Assembly (NCBI GenBank): GCA_963756155.1
Contig: CAVWMQ010000010.1
Coordinates: forward strand, 95,672 to 159,671
DNA length: 64,000 nt
Direction: 5' to 3'
Origin: an uncultured delta proteobacterium
Lineage (GTDB): Bacteria > Desulfobacterota > Binatia > Binatales > Binataceae
Each line of letters starts with the position of its first letter. The first letter of the stretch is position 1. Below are positions 19,895 through 29,439 of the stretch, piece by piece. The position numbers were made by a program, and so were the translations under genes. Under the pieces are notes generated by a model. That model had not been told where the DNA came from. It worked only from the letters and a program-made list of their open reading frames with translations, and ran no database searches.

Positions 19895-20147
19895 GGCAGG
19901 CAGGGGTGACCCCTGCACCCACTACCCGGACCGGCTCCGTTGTCGCCGGGGAAGAATCATGGTGGATGAGCGCCCGGCTCAATACGCCCATCTTGAGTGC
20001 AGGCCGCAGCAGTCCCTTCGGCAGGCATGGGACCAGCCGGTATCTCGATACAAGCCGTCAGCATGGATCACGCACCTTCCTCCGCCGGCGACGAAGGAGC
20101 CGGCTTCTTGTGTAGGTAGTGGGTGCAGGGGTCACCCCCTGCCCGCC
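19895..20147. repeat. MITE-like element / long nested inverted repeat
   Basis: The outer arm 19899-19926 (GGCAGGGGTGACCCCTGCACCCACTACC) is the reverse complement of 20115-20143 apart from one extra G. An inner arm pair at 19931-19949 and 20085-20103 matches 17 of 19 positions. No credible ORF lies inside the element. Confidence 0.5.
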
Positions 20148-20207
20148 TTGAATCGAGGGGCGGCGCCGGTTAAACCCTAGGTTCCTGTATTCGAGTCGCA
20201 CGCGCGT

Positions 20208-20293
20208 GCGAGAGTGGCGGAACGGCAGACGCGCAAGGCTCAGGACCTTGTGAGCGCAAGCTCGTGGGGGTTCAAGTCCCCCCTCTCGCACCA
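20208..20293 (+). tRNA. tRNA-Leu (anticodon CAG), class II with long variable arm, CCA encoded
   Basis: Hand-folded cloverleaf: acceptor stem GCGAGAG/CTCTCGC, anticodon stem-loop CAAGG-CTCAGGA-CCTTG, T arm GGGGG-TTCAAGT-CCCCC, and 3' ACCA. It closely resembles E. coli tRNA-Leu(CAG). Confidence 0.95.
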
Positions 20294-20341
20294 GATCCCA
20301 ATCCTGCGTTGACGAACCGCGCTAGGCCCCTGACCGCAGAA

Positions 20342-20755
20342 CTACATCGGAGGTTTGCCGCCGGCGCCGGAGTCCCCGCCGCTGGGCGCTGCACCCGAAT
20401 CGCCGCCAGCAGGAGCTGCACCGCCACTGGGAGCTGCACTGGTGTCTCCGCTGGGCGCGGCGGCGCCAGTATCTCCGCTCGGCGCAGCTCCGGTCTCCGC
20501 GCCGCTCGGCGGCGTGCCTGATTCCATCGAACCGCCTGGGATCACGCCGGTGGCGTGACAACTCGCCACGTCGGCTTCGCTGGCCCCGATCGCCGAGGCT
20601 ATCTCCGAATTCGACCGTCCGGACTGCGCCTGCAGCCGGACCACGTTGCAATCGACATGATTGGTGCTCATCGAGCTGCAGCCGGCCATTCCCCCCGCGA
20701 GCAGCAGCGCCCCAACAGCAGTCCCGGCTGCGAACCTCAGGCAGGATTGAAGCAT
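20342..20755 (-). CDS. small lipoprotein with C-terminal low-complexity (AAPSGD-like) repeats
   Basis: Start taken at MLQSCLRFAAGTAVGALLLAGGMAGC, which has a lipobox. The C-terminal third is an imperfect tandem repeat (GAAPSGDTGAAAPSGDTSAAPSGGAAPAGGDSGAAPSGGDSGAGG). Confidence 0.6.
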   Translation of the reverse strand: MLQSCLRFAAGTAVGALLLAGGMAGCSSMSTNHVDCNVVRLQAQSGRSNSEIASAIGASEADVASCHATGVIPGGSMESGTPPSGAETGAAPSGDTGAAAPSGDTSAAPSGGAAPAGGDSGAAPSGGDSGAGGKPPM

Positions 20756-20896
20756 GAGAGATCCCCTCGCTCGACGAAATTCGGTCCCCACCGTCGAGCC
20801 ATGCGCAAGATATTATCGGCGCCGAAATATTACAAGGCGCGATCGTTTTGTACCGATCCGAAGCGCCATTACAATCAAGAGTACGTTAATTTATTA

Positions 20897-21105
20897 AAAA
20901 GCGCTTCAAAAAAATTCGCCCAGCCGCTGAAAAGCCAACGCCCGGCACAACCCGCGCGCGCATTTCGATCCGGCGCCGCGCTAGCAACCGCATCAGCGAC
21001 CAGAATCCACGCACCGAAACCTCGACGACGTTTCGGCGTCCGGAATGTCGAAGGGAAGCGCGAAACCCATCTGGGTTTCGCCCGGCTGAGATCAAGTCGT
21101 CCCTG
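20897..21105 (+). repeat. about 210-bp dispersed repeat, copy A
   Basis: It aligns by hand to 25519-25729 at roughly 80-85% identity in direct orientation. Both copies keep the hairpins CCGAAAC..GTTTCGG and GCGAAACCCA..TGGGTTTCGC. Confidence 0.8.
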
Positions 21106-21188
21106 ACGGCGCCTTGGGCCGCCATGTAGTCCTTGGCTAACGCCGGTGATAAGACGTGAGGCGGTCGCTCTCTCAGAGGGATCACGCG

Positions 21189-24100
21189 ATGCGCTGCACG
21201 AAGTGCGGCATCGACAATGCCGCAGGTTCGAGATTCTGTAATCAGTGCGCGACGCCGCTCAGCCGGGTGTGTCCAAAGTGCGCTCATCTGAACGCGCCTG
21301 ATGCGAAGTTCTGCGCGGAGTGCGCCGCATCGCTGACTTCGGACGTATCGAAATCCACCGCAAGCACTTCTTCAACGTCAGCGGTGCGGATCGCGCCGGA
21401 GCAGACCGATTCTGAGGTCGCCGACGGCGAGCGCAAGACGGTCACCGCGCTGTTCGCGGACATCAAGGGCTCGACCGAGCTGGAGCAGGACCTCGATCCT
21501 GAAGAGGCGCGCGCGATCGTCGATCCTGCGCTCAAGCTGATGATCGACGCGGTGCACCGCTACGACGGCTACGTGGTGCAGTCCACCGGCGACGGGATTT
21601 TCGCGATGTTCGGCGCGCCGCTCGCGCACGAGGACCATCCGCAGCGCGCCATTCATTCCGCCATGCGGATGCAGGACGAGGTCCGCCGCTACGCCGACCG
21701 CTTGCGCGCCGAAGGGCGTGCGCCGCTGCAGATACCGGGTCGGCGCGAACACCGGCGAAGTAGTGGTGCGATCGATACGCACCGGTGAAGCCGAAGACCG
21801 AGTACACCGCGATTGGGCATCCGGTGAACCTGGCGTCGCGGATGCAGACGCTTGCCAATCCCGGCTCGACCGTGATCGCGGAGAGTACGCGCAAGCTGGT
21901 CGAGGGATATTTCACGCTCAAGTCGCTGGGCGCTTCGCGGGTCAAAGGCGTCAGTGAGCCGGTGAATGTTTACGAAGTCATCGGCCTCGGGCCCTTGCGC
22001 ACGCGCCTTCAGCGGGCGGTAGGGCGCGGGCTGGTGAAGTTTGTCGGCCGCAATCGCGAGATGGACACCCTGAAGCACGCGGCCGAGCAGGCCAGGGCGG
22101 GGCACGGGCAAATCGTCGCCGCGATGGCGGAGCCGGGAGTCGGCAAGACGCGCTTGTTTTACGAGTTCAAGGCGACTTCACAATCCGGCTGGATGGTGCT
22201 GGAGACGTTTTCGGTCTCGCACGGCAAGGCGTCTGCGTTTTTGCCGGTGATCGATCTGCTCCATGGCTACTTCAAGATCACCGGCGATGACGACACGCAC
22301 GCACGGCGCGTCAAGGTCAACGGCACGGTGCTCACGCTCGATCGCGCGCTGGAAGACACACTGCCGTATCTGTTCGGGCTGCTGGGAATAGTGGAAGGCG
22401 ACGACCCGCTTGGCCAAATGGATGCGCAGGTCCGAAAAGCGCGCACGCTGGACGCGATCAAGCGCATCCTGCTGCGCGAGTCGCTCAACCAGCCGCTGAT
22501 GGTCGAGTTCGAGGACCTGCACTGGATCGATGACGAGACGCAGGCGCTGCTCAACCTGCTCGCCGACTCGATCGGCACCGCGAAGATCCTGCTGCTGGTG
22601 AACTATCGGCCCGAATACTCGCATCAGTGGAACAGCAAGACCTACTACACGCAGTTGCGGCTCGACCCGCTCGGCAAAGAATCGGCCGAGGAAATGCTCT
22701 CGTCTCTGATCGGAGACGGCAAGGATCTGATCCCGCTGAAACGTCTCATCATCGAGAAGACCGAGGGCACGCCGCTGTTCATGGAAGAGGCCGTGGACAT
22801 GCTGCTGGAAGAGGGCGCGCTGGTGCGCAACGGCACGGTGAAGCTTGCCCGGTCGCTGAACCAGCTAAAGATTCCGCCAACGGTGCAGGACATCCTGGCC
22901 TCGCGTATCGATCGTCTGGCGCCGGACGCGAAGGATCTGCTGCAGACGCTGGCGGTGATCGGAATGGAATTCCCGTTCGGCCTGGTACAAAGGGTGGTCC
23001 CAAAATCGGAAGACGAGCTGGACCGCTTACTGCATGCTCTGCAGCTCGCCGAGTTCATCTACGAGCAGCCGGCAGCGGGCGAAAGCGAGTACATCTTCAA
23101 GCACGCGCATACGCGGGAAGTCGCGTACAACTCCCTGCTCAACGAGCGCAGAAAGCTCCTTCACGAACGGATTGGTTCTGCGATTGAAGCGTCATTCGCT
23201 CAATCAATCGATGATCATCTGAGCCAGCTTGCTCACCATTACAGTCGCAGCTCGAACGTCGAAAAAACGGTCGAGTACCTGGACCGCGCAGGGCGGCAGG
23301 CGATCATGCGCGGTGCCTTCAAGGAAGGCGAGCTCTATGTGAGGCAGGCGATCGCCGCGCTGCGCACGGCACCCGAAACCCCTGAGCGCACAAACCGGCA
23401 ATTCATTCTCCAGAACGCACTCTGTCAGGCGCTCTTCATGACGAGCGGCTTCACCACGGATGAGACTGTGCAGGCGACCCGGCGCTTGCTGGAGCTGGGC
23501 GAAAAAACTGGCGACCCGGAGCAACTCATCGCCGCGCTGAGGTCCGTTTGGCTCTCGACCTCTTCGCAGGGCGATTGGACCGCCGCCCAGCAGATCGCCG
23601 AACGACTAATAGAGACTGCCCAGCGCTGCGGGAATCGCTACGGTCTGGCCACGGCCCACTACTATCAGGGATGGTTCTTCATGATTCGTGGCGAGCTGAC
23701 TCGGGCAATGCAACATTTCGAGGCGACGATCGCGTCATACCGCGATGCTGACTTCTACGGGGACATCTGGAACTCTCGGGTCGGGGCGCTGGCGCGGATG
23801 GGTGCGGTGTTGTGGCATTTGGGGTTCGCCGATCAGGGTCGCGCGAAAATGCGTGAAGCGATTTCCTCGGCCGAGCGCTTGAAGGCTCACGGAAGTATGG
23901 CGGTCGTGCTCGTGCACGCCAGCCTTCTGTACATAGGTTTACGCGAGCACGCCAAGGTGGATGAATATGCCGCACGTCTGTTCACTCTCGCGAGCGAACA
24001 ACAACTCCCCCAATTTGTTACCGGCGCTGCGGTTGTTCGCGGATGGGCATTGGCCGAGCTGGGTCAGATTGAGGAAGGCCTCGCGCTGATTCGCCCAGGA

Positions 24101-24526
24101 CTCGATTCCAACCCGAGGCTCGTCCTCTGGGGGCCGACGTATTTGACAGCGTTGAGCGGGGTGCAGGCGCGCGCCGGTCAATTGGAAAAGGCACTGGCCA
24201 CGATCGAGCAAGCCTTCGCTACGGTTGGGGAAGAGCAACTCTATTTGCCGGGTGTGTTGTGGTGGCGCGGCGAGTTGCATCTGCGGCTTGCCGATGAAAC
24301 CAAGGCGGCCGGTGATTTCCGGGAAGCGATCGCCGTGGCCCGGCGCATTGGCTCGAAAGCATTCGTGCTGCGCGCGACGACGAGTCTCGCGCGGCTAATC
24401 GTCAGGCAAGGCAATCGCGACGAGGCGCGCGCAATGCTCGCGGACATCTACAATCAATTCACCGAAGGCTTCGACACCGCCGACCTGAAAGACGCCAAGT
24501 CCCTGCTCGCCGAGCTAAGGGAGTAG
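21189..24526 (+). pseudogene. zinc-ribbon / class III adenylate-guanylate cyclase / AAA (STAND-type) ATPase / TPR protein, interrupted by two +1 frameshifts as assembled
   Basis: The N-terminus has a double zinc ribbon (MRCTKCG..FCNQCA..CPKCAH..FCAECA). The cyclase core is split over three frames: ..APLQI (ORF 21156..21788), RVGANTGEVVVRSIRTGE (ORF 21718..21957), and KTEYTAIGHPVNLASRMQ onward (ORF 21785..24526). A Walker A motif (AEPGVGKTRL), a long helical region and TPR repeats follow. Confidence 0.85.
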
Positions 24527-24547
24527 CGGCCCCGCCGGGAGGATCTC

Positions 24548-25393
24548 ATGTACGCGAACATTAACGGACTGAAGATTCACTACCTGATTGAGGGCTCTGG
24601 GATCCCATGCGTGATTCCGAGTCTGGCGAGGACTCGGATTTACGAACGGACGTTTTCCGCGAACTTGAGACGGCATCTTAAGCTCGTGTTCGTGGAACTT
24701 CGCTCGAATCGGTCGGACGTGGGTGACATCGGGTCAACGACTCTCGATTCGATCGTCGACGATATCGAGCGGCTGCGGGCCGAACTCAAGCTTGAGCGTA
24801 TCGCAATACTTGGGCATTCGGGACACGGGTTTCTCCCACTGCGCTTCGCGACCCGGTATCCGGAGCGGATTTCGCATGCAGTCCTGGTCGGCGCGGCTCC
24901 CGAATTTCACACGGCGCGGCTTACTGCCGAATGGGAGAAGTACTGGGAGATAGTCGCGTCGAAGGAGCGCAAAGACTTGCTCGCGCGCAACCTGGTGCGC
25001 GTGAAACCGGTGTTGAGCCGCGCTACCGCTGACGAGGCGATCGCTCTTAACTACGCGGCCAACGGTCCGTTGTTCTTTTACGACGCTCATTTCGATTGTA
25101 CGGGCCTGTGGGAGGGTCACGCGAATAACGCCGAACTGTATCGGCGGTTCTGGGGCCCGGGCGGAGAATTTTCGCGGTTCGATCTGGCGGTGGAATTTCC
25201 GAAGGTAAAATGTCCAGTGCTGATTGCGTCGGGCGTTTTTGATTTCGGCACGATTCCCACCGCGTGGCACGGGGTCAAGGACAAGCTCGCCAATCACGAG
25301 TACCGCGTATTCGAGAAGAGTGGACACTATCCACAAATGGAAGAGCAACGCCTGTTCGATGAAACCCTGGTCGAATGGCTGAAGCGCAATTGA
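24548..25393 (+). CDS. alpha/beta hydrolase (proline iminopeptidase-like)
   Basis: It has the nucleophile elbow ILGHSGHG and a C-terminal GHYPQMEE region containing the His. GC content is visibly lower than in the flanking core genes. Confidence 0.85.
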   Translation: MYANINGLKIHYLIEGSGIPCVIPSLARTRIYERTFSANLRRHLKLVFVELRSNRSDVGDIGSTTLDSIVDDIERLRAELKLERIAILGHSGHGFLPLRFATRYPERISHAVLVGAAPEFHTARLTAEWEKYWEIVASKERKDLLARNLVRVKPVLSRATADEAIALNYAANGPLFFYDAHFDCTGLWEGHANNAELYRRFWGPGGEFSRFDLAVEFPKVKCPVLIASGVFDFGTIPTAWHGVKDKLANHEYRVFEKSGHYPQMEEQRLFDETLVEWLKRN

Positions 25394-25518
25394 ACTTCTA
25401 CAATGAACTCTTCGCGCGGAAGTGCCGATTTCGTTGAACTGCCTCAACAAGAAAGAGGCTCGGCCAATTGAGTTTGAGCTGACTCAAGTTCAGCAGCGAA
25501 GCAGCGAAGGAGTATTGC

Positions 25519-25729
25519 AAAAGCGCTTCAAAAAAATCGCGCCAAGCCGCTGAAAAGCAGCCGTCCGGCACAACCCGCGCGCATTTCGATCCGGCGCCGC
25601 GGTAGCAACTCCACCAACGTCCACGATCGACGCACCGAAACCTCAACGAGGTTTCGGCGTCCGCGAATAGTCGAAAGGGAAGCGCGAAACCCAGTTTGGG
25701 TTTCGCTTGACTGAGATCAATGTGCCTTG
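25519..25729 (+). repeat. about 210-bp dispersed repeat, copy B
   Basis: Direct-orientation copy of 20897-21105. It ends about 100 nt upstream of the valS start. Confidence 0.8.
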
Positions 25730-25827
25730 TCCATCATCCCCCCGACGCCTAATCCGCGCTTGAGACGCGCGCCACACGTCAATATGATTTTGAGTTCGGG
25801 CGCGCCGCGCCCTTTCTATTTGACTTG

Positions 25828-28538
25828 ATGCCGGAGCCCCGTTTGGAACTCGCCAAAACATACGACCCCAAAGCCGCGGAACAACGATGGTTCCAGCTCT
25901 GGATCGATCTCGGCTACTTCAAAGCCGATCCCGCGCGCCAGGGCGCCCGCCGCGACGCGCACGGCAATGACTACTTCTCGATCGTCATTCCGCCGCCCAA
26001 CGTCACCGGACAGCTTCATCTCGGCCACGCGCTCAATCACACCCTGCAGGACATCATCGTGCGCACGCGCCGGATGCAGGGCTTCAACACCCTGTGGCTG
26101 CCCGGGAATGGATCACGCCGGCATCGCGACCCAGAACGTGGTCGAAAAGCAGATCGCCAAGGACGGCAAAAACCGCCATCAGCTCGGCCGCGATCTGTTC
26201 GTGCGCCGGGTATGGGAATGGAAAGAAACCTACGGCGGCAAAATCCTCGAGCAGGATCGCCGCCTCGGCGCGTCACTGGACTGGAGCCGCGAGCGCTTCA
26301 CCCTCGATGCCGGCCTCTCGCGCGCGGTGAGCAAGGTCTTCGTCGACCTGTACCGCAAGGGACTCATCTATCGCGACCGCCGGCTGATCAACTGGTGCCC
26401 GCGATGCGAGACGGCGCTCTCCGATCTGGAAGTCGAGCACAAGGACGCGCAGGGGCATCTCTATTACATCCGCTATCCCTTCAGCGACGGCAGCGGCACG
26501 ATAACCCTGGCGACCACGCGGCCCGAGACGATGCTGGGTGATACGGCGGTGGCCGTTCATCCTGACGACAAGCGCTACGCCGCGATCGTGGGCAAGAAGA
26601 TCCGGCTCCCGCTGATCGGCCGCGAAATTCCGATCATCGCGGATGCCGCCGTCGATCCCAACTTCGGCACCGGCGCGGTGAAGATCACGCCCGCGCACGA
26701 CTTCAACGACTTCGAAATCGGCCGGCGCCATCAGCTCGAACAGATCAGCGTGATGGACACGCGCGCGCACATGAACGAGAACGCCGGGCCGTACCGCGGG
26801 CTCGATCGCGAGGAATGCCGCCGCAGAATCATCGACGATTTGAAGAGCGCCGGGCTGCTCGAAAAAATCGAACCGCATCAGCTCGCGGTCGGCACCTGCT
26901 CGCGATGCGACACGGTGGTCGAGCCGATGATCTCCGAGCAATGGTTCATGCGCGTCAAGGAGATGGCGGAGCGCGCGATGCAGGCGGTGCGCGACGGCCG
27001 CACCAACTTCCATCCCAAGTTCTGGGAGAACACGTTTTTCAACTGGCTGGAAAATATCCACGACTGGTGCATCTCGCGCCAGCTATGGTGGGGGCATCGC
27101 ATTCCGGCCTATCGATGCCAGCGATGCGAGCATCTGATGGTCGCCGAAGAGCGCCCGCCGAAATGCGAGGAGTGCGGCGGCACCGACCTGGTTCAGGACG
27201 AAGACGTGCTCGACACCTGGTTCAGCTCCGGGCTGTGGCCGTTCTCGACGCTCGGATGGCCCGACGACACGCCGGAGCTGCGCCGCTACTACCCGACCAG
27301 CCTGCTGGTAACCGCGCACGACATAATTTTTTTCTGGGTTGCGCGGATGATGATGCTCGGGCTCGAGTTCATGAACGACGTGCCGTTCCGCGACGTTCTG
27401 ATCACTGCGCTGGTGCGCGACGAGTACGGCAAGAAGATGACCAAGTCGAAGGGCAACGTGGTCGACCCTATCGATTTGATGGAGCAGTACGGCACCGACG
27501 CGTGCCGCCTCACCTTCGCGCAGTTATCGGCCCAAGGCCGTGAAGTGATTCTCTCGCACGATCGTTTCGCGGCCTCGCGCGCGTTCGCAAATAAAATCTG
27601 GAACGCCGCGCGCTTCGTGATGATGAATCTCGAAGGCGCGCCCGAACCGCTGGCGCCGGTCGCGACCGCGAAGCTCGGGCATGGCCGAGCGATGGATCCT
27701 GAGCCGGCTCGACGCGGCGATCGAGGAAGTGAGCGGCGCTATCGATCGCTTCGAGTTCAACGTGGCGGCGATGGCGATTTACCAGTTTATCTGGCACGAA
27801 TTCTGTGACTGGTATATCGAACTGTCCAAGGAGCCGCTGAAGGCCGGCGGCGAGCGCCGCGACGCGGCGCGCTACGTGCTGGTCACCGTCTTCGACCGGA
27901 TGTTGCGCCTGCTGCATCCGTTCATGCCGTTCATCTCCGAGGAAATCTGGCAGGTGCTTCACCCGTACCTGAGCGAAGCGGACGGATCCGCGCTGAGTCC
28001 GCACTTGGTGATTGCGAAATGGCCCGAGCGCGCGCCCGCCAATCCGCTCAGCCAGGCGGAAGCGGCCGCGATGGGGCACTGTATCGAGGTGACAGAGGCG
28101 ATCAACTCGCTGCGCTCGCTGCTCGGATGGCATCCCGGCCAACGCGCCCGCGCCAAGATCAAATTCCTCGATTCGGTCGAAAGCACCGAGCTGGAAAGCT
28201 GGCGATTTTATTGCGACACGCTGGCCAAAAGCGAAATCGAACCGCTCACCAGTGAGTTCGATGATCATAAGTGGGTTGCGCTGGACCTGGGATGGGGCAA
28301 AGTGTGGGTGCAAGCCCCGGAAAATTTCGACGTGACCAAAACCCGCAACTCGTTCGCCAAAAAGCTCGCCGAGGTCCAGGCTCATCTCACGCGTCACGAG
28401 GCCCGAATCAAGGATGCGGGTTTTTTTGAGCGGGCCAGCCAGGAAGCGAAGGACGAAACGTTGAAGCGAATCGAGGATCTCAAGTCTGAGGAAAAGACCC
28501 TGAAGGGACAATTGCAGCAACTGGAAAGCGTCGGTTGA
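25828..28538 (+). pseudogene. valS: valine--tRNA ligase, interrupted by two +1 frameshifts as assembled (probably intact in vivo)
   Basis: Three consecutive ORFs (25825..26541, 25967..27808, 27681..28538) join into one ValRS: HIGH region PPPNVTGQLHLGHAL, ..TLWLPG|MDHAGIATQ.. (break near 26101-26108), KMSKS region KMTKSKGN, ..AKLG|(M)AERWILSRL.. (break near 27676-27681), and a C-terminal coiled coil. Confidence 0.9.
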
Positions 28539-28542
28539 TGAG

Positions 28543-29403
28543 ATGGAACTGCTTCATCAGATCGATCTCACTGACCTGCTGAGACGCGCGCTTGTCGAGG
28601 ATCTCGGGCAGGGCGACGTCACCACCGCCGCCACCGTAAATTCCGGACAGCGCGGACGCGCCAAAATCACGGTCAAGGAACCGCGCATGATTCTGTGCGG
28701 CGGCCCGATTCTCGTGCAGGTGTTCGCGCTCGCCGGCGCGGGCCCCAACCTTACTTTTCTCGCGCCGGAAAGCGTCGAGCTCAAGGCGGGCGATCGGATC
28801 GCGCAAATCGACGGGACGCTGGCCGGGATGCTGATCGGCGAGCGCGTCGCGCTCAATTTCGTGCAGCTCCTGTCGGGCATCGCGACGCTGACGCGCAAAT
28901 ACGTCGACGCCGTCGCGGGCACTGGCGCGAAAATAATCGACACCCGCAAAACCCATCCGGGTCTGCGCGCGATCGAGAAATACGCGGTGCGCGCGGGCGG
29001 CGGCTTCAACCATCGCTTCGGCCTCGATAGCGGCATCCTGATCAAGGACAACCACATCGCGGCGGCCGGCTCGGTCAAAGAGGCGATCGAGCGCACGCGC
29101 CGGCTCGCTCCGCATTCGCTGCGCGTCGAGGTCGAATGCGAGACGCTCGCGCAGGTCAGCGAGGCGCTCGAGGCGCGCGCGGACGCGATCCTGCTCGACA
29201 ACATGGCGCTCGCCGACCTGCGTCGCGCGCGCGAGATGACGCGCGAGACGGGACACGGCAAAGTGATGCTCGAGGCGTCGGGGGGAGTGACGCTCGAGAC
29301 TGTGCGCGCGATTGCCGAGACGGGAGTCGACGTGATTTCAATAGGCGCGCTCACGCATTCGGCGCCTGCAGTAGACATCAGCATGAGGATTGAAGCAGTC
29401 TGA
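28543..29403 (+). CDS. nadC: nicotinate-nucleotide diphosphorylase (carboxylating) / quinolinate phosphoribosyltransferase
   Basis: 286 aa. NadC-typical stretches are present: LVEDLGQGDVTT, ERVALNFVQLLSGIAT, DTRKTHPGLR, ILLDNM. Confidence 0.93.
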   Translation: MELLHQIDLTDLLRRALVEDLGQGDVTTAATVNSGQRGRAKITVKEPRMILCGGPILVQVFALAGAGPNLTFLAPESVELKAGDRIAQIDGTLAGMLIGERVALNFVQLLSGIATLTRKYVDAVAGTGAKIIDTRKTHPGLRAIEKYAVRAGGGFNHRFGLDSGILIKDNHIAAAGSVKEAIERTRRLAPHSLRVEVECETLAQVSEALEARADAILLDNMALADLRRAREMTRETGHGKVMLEASGGVTLETVRAIAETGVDVISIGALTHSAPAVDISMRIEAV

Positions 29404-29439
29404 ATCGCAACCGGCGCCCGTCCGCACCTCAGCCGTTCA

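Noticed and set aside
20355-20520. A short-period DNA repeat that could be mistaken for a CRISPR-like or VNTR array.
   Set aside because: The repeat units are degenerate, have no spacer-like unique segments, and translate in frame into the AAPSGD low-complexity tail of a lipoprotein. No cas genes are present.
25469-25490. A hairpin (GAGTTTGAG-ctga-CTCAAGTTC) after the alpha/beta hydrolase gene, considered as an intrinsic terminator.
   Set aside because: The stem relies on G-U pairs and is not followed by a T-tract, so it is too weak to call.
20294-25830. A classical tRNA-targeted integrative island (integrase plus a duplicated tRNA 3' end) downstream of tRNA-Leu.
   Set aside because: There is no integrase, recombinase or transposase ORF, and I found no second copy of the tRNA 3' segment (GGTTCAAGTCCCCCCTCTCGCACCA). 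The only boundary-like features are the 210-bp repeats, which are reported separately.
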